From Raillietiella orientalis (taxonomy: Eukaryota), in contig JAYWIR010000075.1 of assembly GCA_036172245.1 (NCBI GenBank), positions 186,001 to 250,000 of the forward strand: a DNA stretch of 64,000 nt. The letters are read 5' to 3'. The position numbers were made by a program, and so were the translations under genes. The notes beneath the pieces are model-generated. The model was not told where the DNA came from, did no database searches, and saw nothing but the letters and a program-made list of their open reading frames with translations. This document shows, in pieces, positions 20,922 to 32,204 of this stretch; position 1 is the stretch's first letter; each line of letters opens with the position of its first letter.

Positions 20922-23900
20922 GACCTAATGCCGCAGAGCATACGCCCAGACACTGGTGCACGCTCTCGGCCAGGTGGCTGTCAGTGGAAACGCGTGCGCC
21001 AGTTTCAGAGATGAGCTGATCTTCTTACAAGGAATAAATAAATGGAAGGAGAGAGAGAGAAAAAAAAGAGAGAACATGAGAAAAAGATGGATGAGAGCTA
21101 GATCCTCTCTGTCCCTCAAGGCAGAGACGCGAAAACCTGTTTTTGACCGTCTTGAATACACAACATCCAAATGGAAAGAGGCACGACAATCTTATGAGAG
21201 CTCTGCGATCCTTGTAAAGAGAAAAAGCTGAACGAAAGAGTTACCCGCGAGAGGTTTTGTTGATCAACTTTGAAGGCAGCAAGTCCATGCGTGCTTAGAC
21301 ACCACGCTGGCAGCCTCGGTTGTCAGGAAGAAAACGCTGGGAGCTCAGGATAGCTTAAGTACTCTCTTCAGCAGCCATCTAAACGCATCTTTGGAGCGAA
21401 GGAGAGGGTTAAGGGAACTTCTAGGCGCTCAGCTGACTCTTCTCTGTCTACCACGGGACTGGACCTTGCCGCACGATCGTGCACTCATGAAGTTGTCGAG
21501 ATGATGACTCCTTAACCTCTTCCCGATGAGGTCAGAGTCTGCGTCTGCCTATGCTTCCATCTCGTCAGTCTTTCTTGCTGCTTCGCGGAAGCGGCTCCAG
21601 AAGGGGAAAAACAATACTCAGCTACCTTTCGTCAGTGAGGACAGGGAGGGGAGGGAAGAGTCACAGCTAGATGGAAGAAGGTATAGGTCACTCTACGCAT
21701 CCTGAAGAGTCCTGGAGCATCTCTCCGACTCCACCAAAGGTGGTCTTTCAGGCTAGGAAGGTCTCTGCCAGGGGCTTCAGGCATGTCTGCTAGTCCCAAC
21801 GTGTGGTGGAGGCGCTGCAGACTCGAATCTCTAGGAGCTCATTGCACGTTGGCGCCTATAGTTCTCAGCAAAAGCTGTCGAGGAGCTCTTGTATGAAGCC
21901 GAATCAAAGACCTTCCTGAATGGATGGACGATGACGATTAAGAAGGGTGAAATCAGCTAACCATCCAGATCGTGGAGATGCAGACCCAACCCCTACTCTA
22001 CTGTATTGACAGGAACTAAGCCAGCCCATCACTTTCACCTTTTGAAGAGATCCTTTTGTGGTAGGGAGGACCAGGTCCTTCGTACAAGGAGCTTTTGACA
22101 TCATTCATCTCCACAGTCCCGAGAGAGATCCGGAGGAAAAATCATGTCATTCTAGGAAACGAAAGGAGCCTCTTCAGAGTTGGGAGTAGATCTAGCAGGA
22201 CCTATGAGGAGCAAGTTCACTGGGCACACCTTTATTTTGGCCCAAGGTCTCCTTCCGAGGATAATTCCCTGCGTTCGGCATCCTTAACTAGATCTCTAGG
22301 TGACTAGTCCGCAAGAGAGCATATACAGAACACAGAAAGACTGGTGAGAACTATCCCTACAATGAATAGGAAAACCTTCCCACAGCTCTTGTTTGAGAGA
22401 TCTGAAGGGAAAGGCAAAGCTTGGACACCAGGAGTCCTGCATTGGTGCCTGGGATATCACTCGGCAATACCTCAGCGCATAGAGAATGCCCATGGCAACA
22501 GTGCAACTTCAACTATGAGAGAGGCTGGAGAGCTGGAGAGGCTTTCAGGTTAAACTAGGAAATCTGTACCTCTTATCGACACCTTATCACTGCAGGAAGG
22601 TGTGGAGGAAGATCATCAGGTCTCTTTAACAATAAAAACTTGTGTTGTTCAGTGTTTTAAAACCAGATGCATTTGACATACCTAGAAATCTCCTCTTTCT
22701 GGTCTTCAAGCTTCTCCCAACCTTCCGAAGTCTTCAAAGAGTCTAACTGGCCTCTGACATAAGTCTATGGGAAACCAGTCTGTTCCTCTGTTCCGTGGTT
22801 GCTCCTCTTTGACGGACAGTCTATGTCCGGTGGAGACTGCTTCTTTCGAGAATGAATCATCGTCCCACACTGCCTTTGTTATTTTGCTGCTATCATTGTA
22901 GTTGAAAGGACGCGAGGCGCTTTTGAAGATCAGGTCGAGCTATCCGCAAGCTTCAGAATGTTTAACAGTCAAACATCAAGTGAATTAAATCTCAAATGAA
23001 ACCAATGAAACTAATATGCAATATCAATTAAGATCATTGATCTTTGAAGCCCATAATCCCATCGTGTAGCCGAGCGGGGAGTCAGCTGTAAAATTAGGAT
23101 GGGGAGGAGGGAAGTGGGGGATAACAGGCACAGAAGAATTTCTTGAGTTCTTTAACTCGCGTGCGTTGCCGTTAGTAAAAAAATTTCCACGAATAATCTT
23201 GATTAAGCTCTTTCCGAAACGACAAGAGAACTCGCATGTTTCGTGGTTTGCTTGATTCGTGGTTCTTCTGAGTTGAAAAAACGACTATTCAAAGGGAAGA
23301 TTTCTTTTCATTGATGGCTTTACATAAAAGGCTGGATATCAGTTCAAAGAGCTTTTGGAGCTGTGTCAAATTTTAATGAATGAGAAAACATAAAGCAAAC
23401 ATGCCTAGGCGGCAATATAATATGCCTATTTGTTAATGACATACTTGTTTCTAGTGTTCCTCTTTATCTGGATTGGTTGTTTCATCCTTAAAGAGGAGTT
23501 CAGAAGCAAAGTATTCTTTAAGCTTCCTTTTATCATGTTACTATTATTTCTTCCATTTCATCTGTGAATTAGGATTGGAAATTTCTGGGAAGATGATTTC
23601 TTGATGCTGCACGGAAAAACTTTAAAAGCTCTTTCCCACTAATTTTGTTTTCAACTACAATAATGGACAGCGTTTTATCTCCGGTTCTTTTCTATACCTA
23701 GTGCTGGAAGATATTTAAGTATTCCGTTGAAGAGCACGAACCTCCATATCAACAGGAAAGTTTTTCAGAAAACTTGGCCTTTTATATTGGTGATTAAAAG
23801 CATGAAAAATCTCTCAATCACTACGTTCATATCCCCTAGTCAAATTCTTTCAAAATTCTTAAAATCTTAAAATTTGGTTCAAGGTTGAGGTTTATCACTC

Positions 23901-25184
23901 TAGCTTTATAATCGTGGGAGGTTTGTGGAGGATAGTTGGAATCTTACAGCTTTGATGATGCAATATGCAGTCCTCTCTGCAAGCCGATGTATATTAAAAA
24001 TGAATGACTCAGATCTCTGGAGTACCAATTTAACTTTCTTGCTTGCAAATCCTAGAATGCCAGGAGCACTGTTGCCCACGAAACCTGAATCACAGTTTCA
24101 ATTAAGTACGTTCACGCTTCCTTCCCATGTTCTTCTGCAACGACACCTTTAATTAGTTTAAAAAGATATCGAAGGTGCTTTTCAAAACTTCCTTCATTCA
24201 ATAGTACAGTGTGAGGTAATTATCGTTCCTTTTTACCTCTCAACAATTTCAATTTCAGAGTTCTGAAGATTTGTGCTTGTTCTGGAGATAGGATGGATAT
24301 CCTATTAGAAAGCAAATCTCCAAAATGATATTTGATTTCGAATTATTTGTTGAGATAAAAACATTAGAAAAACAAAAATCGCTTTCCTGAACTATTTTTC
24401 TCTCTATGGTGGGTTTCGTTTAGTTCTTTATGTTTGTCCGAATTCTTTCAGTTTGCTGGTAAGCTGTTTTGTGAAAAAAAAGCATTCATCAGATGTAAAT
24501 TACAAATGAAAGCGAATAGCCGTTAAATGCCTCATGGGATGGGATGTTTCACTTAGGAATCATTTTTTTCACATCAGCATTTTTTAAAACTATAATCATT
24601 TTTTCGCATTTTCAGTCGTTCCAATTTTATGGTAGACAAAGAATTTATATGTTTACTTGAGATAATATTTACAATATTTTATCAACTGAGTTTCCTTGAG
24701 CTGAATAAGATATATGCAGAATTGCAAATATTAATGTGCAATAAAATACAATTCATACAATAAAATACAATTCATAACATTCGGTACTTGGTTGCACTGG
24801 AAAGACGCACGAGGTCTGTATGAGATGTGGTATGTGCCGAACTTTGTGAACACTAGGCTTGGTTGTTTGTTTTGCTGCGTTGAGTTTTGTATTCATTTTT
24901 GATTTCATATGCGGATAAGTAGTGCCATTCCGATGGAACAAAAACAGGATTTTGTTTGCCAGTGTATATTAATCTCACGTGCCGTATCGTATGTCTTGGA
25001 GCCCAGTGCCGATATGAAAACTATGTTCGCGTGTATTTCACCACAGAAATTGATTCTATAATACCCAGGAACCTCCTGGAAAATGTGTGAAATGCCTAAT
25101 TGTTTTCAGTTTAGAAATTCAGATTTTCATGTGGTGTTTAATGTATTGTGAATTCCAGTGTGTTAGTAATAAGTCCAGGTTGTC

Positions 25185-26110
25185 ATGTTGGTTGGTATAG
25201 GAAGAATTTTTCGTGGATTTTCCACATCATTGGTAAAGCATAGTAATCATTTCAATATCTGCAAATCACAAACTGTAAACGTTCAAACAACATTTAAGAA
25301 CATGAATAATGGATCACTATTTACACACCGAATGGTACCATTGTATTGTTCGAGTTCTGCTGTTCACTCAAAAGGTAATGTGAATTACTATTTGATAAAA
25401 TTTTATTGTCTATACAGCGGATAAGGAATTAGTCGAATTTTTAACGGGTGAAATCAAGGCAGAGAAACAAAATCGAAGTGAAACAAAACAAATCAACACA
25501 ATTGAGGGATTTGAGATTCATACTAAGGAGTCAGAGGTCACTCTAACTCGCGTGTTTAATGATGAACAGTAAGTGATAACAGGAGAAATTTCAGCATAAT
25601 TTTGTGTAGCATAAGCATCTTTTTGAATGTGAATGATGCTGTTGATACAGATCCTGAATCTGAAATTCAAGCAGAAGAGGATAAACCTGAAATTGCTGAA
25701 ATGAAATGCAGACCCAATTTTGAGGTTAATGTACGCAGAGGCAATCAAGTGTTGTTGTTTCAATGCTCTTTTACCACGGATGTTGTCAGTGCTGAGTCAG
25801 GTCATGGTGAATACAATGATATTTTCATGATTGATGAAGTATGTCTGCATAATGGAGAACAAGAAGATTACTCTTACACAGTGTCAGGAAATATTCTAGA
25901 TGGAGTAAGTGGAGAAACAAGTATGCAAAACAGGCATGCTTAATGATATTGATCTTATTTTAGTATTTATATGATTTACTCATGAATTATTTGGAGACAC
26001 GAGGGGTATCAAATCAATTTGCTGAGGTGCTAATTAACTTCTGCACATCATATGAACATCAGCTTTACATAAATTTCTTAGAACAAGTCCGTAAATTTGT
26101 CAGCAATTAG
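25185..26110 (+). CDS. C1QBP: C1QBP/p32 (MAM33 family) mitochondrial matrix acidic protein; 4 exons, 260 aa
   Basis: Exons 25185-25374, 25418-25568, 25610-25904, 25964-26110 (783 nt). Basic presequence-like N-terminus, then VHSKADKELVEFLTGEIKAEK, RPNFEVNVRRG, and LDGYLYDLLMNYLETRGVSNQFAEVLINFCTSYEHQLYINFLEQVRKFV, matching the C1QBP helices. Confidence 0.93.
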
Positions 26111-26160
26111 CAATTTTATGAGTAAAAAAAAATTGAGAATTCCATGTTTCCTATTTATTT

Positions 26161-26814
26161 TTATCCAATCATGGAACGTTTTCGTCCTCGCAAACGTACT
26201 TCATCTAATTTGGCCTTGATTTCTGTTGCTTGAGAATTATTGTGACTATATTCATTAAGTACATCAGTCCAAAATTGCTGCAGGGCAGGATGATCACTCA
26301 ACAGAGATTTTTCCAGAACATAGAGGTCCACACCTTTGTCTTCTGAACTTGTCCCGGAAAAGCTCAATCCAAAATCAATGAGTACCACAGATGCACATGA
26401 TGGTTCAAGTAACATGTTTGATGGTGTCAAATCTCCATGAATGATGTGGTGCATGTGTATCAGGCGAAGTGCCTGACCAATTTTAGTTGCTAAAGCTTGC
26501 AAGCCTTGATAATTGAAAGATGATTCCAAATATTCTTTTACAGTGATATGGTTCTCGAAATCTTGCATTATGATTCTTTTATGAGTAAGGTCAATCATAT
26601 ACAATGCTGGAACACATATGCCTAATTTATGACACCTTGCCAATGCACGTGCCTCAGCTTTTAAGCGTTCTTTATTAAGCTGATCATCCAAGATTTGGTT
26701 TCTGTAACTTTTTTTGAATCTTTCTTTGATTATTACTGCTTTAGCCAGGAATTTCCCTCTATACAACTTTGCTTCAGCTCCTTGTTTAATAAGTTTGTAT
26801 TCTATATCACTCAT
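26161..26814 (-). CDS. TP53RK: TP53RK/PRPK/Bud32 atypical kinase, KEOPS complex subunit; intronless, 217 aa
   Basis: LIKQGAEA, IIKERFKKSYR, HGDLTPSNMLL, LIDFGLS, EDKGVDLYVLEK and C-terminal EVRLRGRKRSMIG; minus-strand AATAAA at 26154-26159. Confidence 0.97.
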   Translation of the reverse strand: MSDIEYKLIKQGAEAKLYRGKFLAKAVIIKERFKKSYRNQILDDQLNKERLKAEARALARCHKLGICVPALYMIDLTHKRIIMQDFENHITVKEYLESSFNYQGLQALATKIGQALRLIHMHHIIHGDLTPSNMLLEPSCASVVLIDFGLSFSGTSSEDKGVDLYVLEKSLLSDHPALQQFWTDVLNEYSHNNSQATEIKAKLDEVRLRGRKRSMIG

Positions 26815-27073
26815 TTTTCTGGCAGCAAAACATTTTTCTCCAACTCAGCAACATTAATGTTTTTTTGTTTTAAGGCTTTCTACCAAAAATAATCAGTACA
26901 ATGAAACTTAAATGCTACCCTGACATTACCTTGACACATTCTTGATAAACCTTAAAGAGTGAGCTGCAGTCATCACTGTCCACTCCTTTCAGAAATTTTT
27001 CTGTAAACCAGACATTAAAGCATGATTCGTATTTTTGTTTAAGTTCAGTACATTCTTCAGAAATACTTTGCAT
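26811..27073 (-). CDS. TRIAP1: TRIAP1/Mdm35 twin-CX9C mitochondrial intermembrane-space protein; 2 exons, 70 aa
   Basis: Exon 27073-26930, GT-AG intron 26929-26880, exon 26879-26811 give [70 protein letters not shown], with two CX9C motifs and the family signature CFN.WF.EKFLKG. Not in the ORF track. Confidence 0.93.
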
Positions 27074-30000
27074 CTAGTAAAAAATGTTTGAAATTATTAT
27101 ATATGACTTTGAAACAGAAACCACATGTAGATACACCCTAGCTTACATACACTGGTTTGCAGAATAATTTCTACCGCATGCTACATATGACAAAACTATC
27201 ATAAAATGAAACTGTTTGATTAAGTCTTCCCTGTCTTCAGATGCTGCAATTCTCTCTTATTTAGCTACTGGAGTTCTCAGTGTTGGTAAAATCCGAAATC
27301 TGCTCATTATTTATTTCTTGACATTATTGCAAGGAATCGACTTATTTACGGATAAAATAACACCTTGCAAAGGCAAAAACACTAACAACTTAAAGAACAA
27401 ACACCGTAAAACCTGGATACTTCACGCACAGGAATTAGCGCCTGTAATTTCAAAGCAATCGTGGACCAATTTAAATGAAATTGACTATCAATTCAAGTAC
27501 CCAGTTTGTTACTTTTTTAATACAAGATTATGCGCATTTAATTATAAACTGTGCTATTTGATGTAATTCACTGGTGCTGGGGTTTCTGCAACCATAAAAT
27601 AATGCTGAAAACACTTCCATTATTTATTACTTTCTTTTATGAACCACAATTTTATTTGGAATTCTTTAAATAGTCTGTCAATTTCAAGGGCTGTTTAACA
27701 CTGCTTACATTCAAAATACAACCAACTCATATGAACATGAAATTAACACTTTTAAATAGTTAGCAACAAGAGTTCCGTTTCACACGTGCCTTTCGCGAAA
27801 CCATCAGGATTCCTACTTCTCAATGCTCTCCTATCCCGACGGCTTTTGGATAGAGTTATTTATTATTTAGTGAAAAGAATAGCAGCAAGTAAATGAAAGC
27901 AAGCAGAATTGGTTAGCAGTAAAAACAAAAGATGAACAATGAAAATAACTGGTAATAAAGTAATTTCATACCATGATGCAAATTCAAAGGGATTTAGATC
28001 AAATACTGGCACAATATTTCTGGTGGAAGTTGGAAAATTTTACGAAAAAGAGGACGATTCTTAAAATGCTTTTTTTCTCTCTGAGAAAAACTGCAGAATA
28101 AATTCTCGAGTATGTACATCTGAATGAGTTTCTATTTGGGGTATTTTCCCCCTCCAGCAATCTTCTATAGGTCCCTTATTTTTCAAAAATAAAAGTAAAA
28201 AAATACTGCCCAAATTAGTTTTAGAGAGATTGTTTTTGAAAGAATCTGTCTAAGTTAAGTAATCCCTTTAAAGTTTCCATCAAAAAATCCATTCTAATAA
28301 GACTAAAAGCAAAATTTCTTGGTACACTGCAGAAGATGAAATTATTCTAAATAAAAAGGATAGAAAGGTTCTATATAAAAAAGAAGCAGGTGTTCGAATC
28401 GATTTAAGAATTTTACATTGAACTCATCAGTATGATTTCCCTTATTCAGGTGAAATTCAGATTTCTGAAACCCAAGTATTCTTTAGAATTGGAATGTGGT
28501 CAAAGAATTTTATTCGTTATTTCTAGTTAAAGAGATTTACAGTGCTACTGCAAATCATGCAAGACATTAAAAATGCATACTTCTCACAAAACTGTATCGG
28601 AAAGACAGCGATTCGATTTGTAGCAAGCATCATATTTTCATATTTTTCCTTTTATTTTGATATAGTTGTATTGAAGATTAAATTATTCAATTGTCTTCAC
28701 GATATCATATAATATTGGGTTTCAAAATTACTATGATCTTAATATATCTTTAAATCCAGACAAATATGAAGGCCTTTATTGTTTTTAGTTGGGTATGTTT
28801 GTAGAGAGCACCTAAATACTGGAAGGTCATCTATCATAGTTGACATACGAGAACATGTGAAAATGAGATAAAAGGGAATCAACAAATGAACTCATAATCA
28901 CAAAACAAAGGTACAATGAAATAATATATCACATATTTAATGAACTATGTCTTCAAATATACGAATAATGAGTCATGCATGTGATAGAAGTTGACGTTAC
29001 AATACGACAGCAATGGATTAGGGTCAGAGACGCATACTGAACATGATTTGTAAGAAAGGTGCTGCTTTGAATACATCTGAGAATAATTCTTGGCTTTCAT
29101 CTACCTTTTCTTGATTAATAAACCAATTGAAAAAGGGACATTTCTCTCGAGTGAATGCATATTGTATGAGAGCCTAATATCTGAGGCCATGAGAATCACT
29201 TGCAAATGTTTCGAAAATATAATAGCAAACACAATGTAACAAAAGCAAATGAAGAATTTCCTATACTAGTGTCTGCTCTAGAGGCCTTTGCTATCACTGA
29301 TTATGAAGAGCAATGGTAACTTCAGTGAAATTCTATTTTAGAAACTTTGATGAATAGTAGCAATATATTAAAAGTTAATTAATGTTTGAAAGATCAAAAA
29401 AATAAAAGGATTTTAATCAGGATGGGTCAAATAATGAAATTTCGTTTCTCATCATTATAAGTAAGAATGTGTTTACAGGTAATAAGTAAGTGAGTCTTAT
29501 TAATTACTATCGTATTTTAAGTTCTGAGTGACATATGGATCTACATAAAGAAAACATATGATACTTGTTATTTAACAATCCTCATTTTTAGAGAGTAAAA
29601 AAGGAAATGTGAAATTATCTTTATAGCAAAATCGATGAGTACATGCTTTAGAAAGCTCTTTTGTTTGAGAACGACAGGGAATTCATTTTGAGCTTTAAAA
29701 TGTCCAGGAGTAAAAAAAAAAAAAAACAATCAACCCAAAGGTTTTTTATTTATAAGTAATTCAAAATTAAATAAAATTCCATGTACCTTTAGAATCAGCT
29801 AATGAGCAAGTAATTCTTTAGTAATAAATTATGATGCAAGACTTTTTGATGACTTTTAGTAGCTATAATAAATTATCTCAATTTACAGATAGGCGGTTGT
29901 GCTGTGCTGCCTGAAGCTACTGCTTATTCTAAGGCTCCAGCCTGCTTATTCTAAGGCGCGGAAGCTGTAGTTCCTGTTTTTTCCAAAATTTAAGCCTTCC

Positions 30001-31110
30001 TGATCTGGCAAACTCAGAAATAAATGATCGAGGAGGTACTAAGGCATGAAGATTGAAAATGATTTCAGCCTTTCGTTAAAATTCTTAAAAAAGGAAGAGC
30101 GAAATTATTTTTAAATTTTAAGAAAATCTAAGGAAAATGCCTGAAAAATCCGATAATTCATCGATTTCTCATAATATTGCGTGGCAACTTCATTCTTCAG
30201 AGTTACTTGTGGAGCCTGGAAAATATTCCTACGCTTTAAACAAGGGCGTGGTTTTTTATTCCCAAGAAATCAGTGAAAGTGCATCTATTCTCAAATATTG
30301 CAATTCGCATTTTGAATCCCTTAAAGGTTTTTTTTTTTTTATTGTGATCCCATGCACCATGGCAGTATGGGTCACATAAGGTAAACAGATTTTTTTTTTT
30401 GTATTTCAAAACATCAGATCGGCATAAAGATTAATAAACATTAGATCAACAAATTTGTGTATCCAGTGCGGTTCTATTTTAACGATTCCGAAAGTCTACT
30501 TACCGAATGATCTGATCGATCTAGTGGTTGAGTTTTCTGGTGACATCTAACTATGCAATCAAATTCCTCAGGATTATGTTCAGTTTAGAAGATGGCTGTT
30601 GTTCAAAGCTTCATTTCAAGTGATCACTGAAAGTTTGTCAGGGTGCCTTTGGAAGGGAAGAAACTTCAGTCAGATGCTTTTCTACTGCCATATGATGAAT
30701 GTTCCACAAAGAATGAAGATTCACCACAAAGAAATTTGAGAACAGTTCTTAGGAAAAACAAACAAACAAATAAAATTCTAAGGGTGGGCTGTCCCGCAGC
30801 CCAAGTTTTGATGGAAAACGACGTGCTTCATGTGACGCAGTTGATGTTTTGCTAGGTCCATGCACGAGTTGTAGCGAGCTCTGCGGTACATATTGCAGCA
30901 CTGATGCTGGTTGCATCCAGGTTTTTCCAACGATTTCTCGGACAACAGCTGAGCGAGCTAGCGGTTACTTTCCTATTGCTGTCATCTCCAGACCAGGCTG
31001 CTGTTTTTAACATCTAATGTTTCCTGGGCATGCAGTTTTACAGGGCCACACTCAGCCTTCTGTTTTCGTGGTTCCCTCTAGATTAATTTGCTTTTGTTAG
31101 TATTTTGTTA

Positions 31111-31752
31111 GGATTTTCTGTTTTCGTTGCTTTCCTTCCATCTTTTTTTTCTTTCGGATTTTTTTTTTTTTTGGTTCTCAAGCAGTACTGAAGAACCGTT
31201 CGCCTCCTTAGAAGGGGCTTCACGAAGGTCTTTAACACTGTCTGCACCACCCGAGGGTGCGCGTGGCTCTTCAAGAGTTAAGGGGTAACTCCTAAGGGAC
31301 AACCCTGTAAATCCAGGAAGACCTGTAAATCCAGGAATCCAGGGAGGAAGGAGTCCTCTCCTCTCTTGAAAGGGAACCATCACTTAATTATTCTATCCAA
31401 AGGAACCCCCAGAGGGTACGCTTCTCTGAACTCTGGAGAGGTGGCGACACACCTTCTCCAAGGAGAGTCCCCCCAGAATGGAGGGTACGCTCCTTTGCAC
31501 AACCGGAGGGGAACTTTCACTTGATTCCTAGAAGGACAAGGAGGGTCGACTCCCATTGTCCGGGCCACTCAGCGGGGGCATCCGGTTCGAACCGTTACTA
31601 GTGCCGCACTCAGATGAATGTAAGCCGGCGTCATCTTGCGGGAGGAACTCCAGCCCAAATGGCTCACCCCCATCTCTCGGCGTCGATTCTTGCCGAGTAT
31701 TCGACCCGATGGTGCCACACGAGGAGATCGTTAATCACGTGGCCTCCGATAT
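31111..31752 (-). mobile_element. Diverged copy of the tRNA-headed SINE-like repeat
   Basis: Shares TTTTCTGT.TTCG.TGCTTTCCTT, the T-run + GGTTC, TCTTGCGGGAGGAACTC and the terminal CACGTGGCCTCCG with the other copies. Confidence 0.6.
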
Positions 31753-31784
31753 CGAGTTAGGGGTAGCCTTGGAGGGAGCACCCA

Positions 31785-32203
31785 ATGAATCCGAGAAGGC
31801 TTCGGAGGAAGGAGTCCATTCCCCTTACGCTTGGGAGGGAACCTCTTCCTTATTCTCTCCGAAGGAGTCCCCCGAGGGGGGTCACTCCTCGTTTCCTCTC
31901 CGGAGAGAATTCGAAAAGGATCCATTCCTTGCTTCCTGATCCACTGAAGAGAACCCTGAAGGGATGCTTCCAGATTTTCTCTGAAAGAAGTGAGCAGTGG
32001 GCTTCTTCACACTCTGGAGAGGTATCAATTCACCAACCTCATGGTATGAGATGGAAGGGATCTTCCCAGAGGGGGAAAGATGACCACATTTTCACAATCG
32101 GAGGGAGACTCTGAAAAGAAACGACTCCTTGATTCTTGGAAGGACTCTTGGAAGATCAACTTCTAATCCCGGCCAGTCATCGGGGGCGCCCACCGTTACA
32201 GCA
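31785..32203 (-). mobile_element. Partial copy (body) of the same SINE-like repeat
   Basis: Collinear with 38425-38845: ATGAATCC..GGAGGAAGGAGTCC, TTCCTTATTCTCT, GACTCCTTGATTC.TGGAAGG, GGAAGATCAACTTC.AATCCC, TCATCGGGGGC. Confidence 0.6.
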
Positions 32204-32204
32204 G

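Noticed and set aside
21230..22620. Intermediate-GC block that looks like decayed retroelement coding sequence
   Set aside because: No ordered, recognisable motifs found by eye.
24739..24776. Two-copy short tandem duplications (also 29920-29957 and about 31303-31338)
   Set aside because: Ordinary slippage duplications; there is no repeat-spacer array, so not CRISPR-like.
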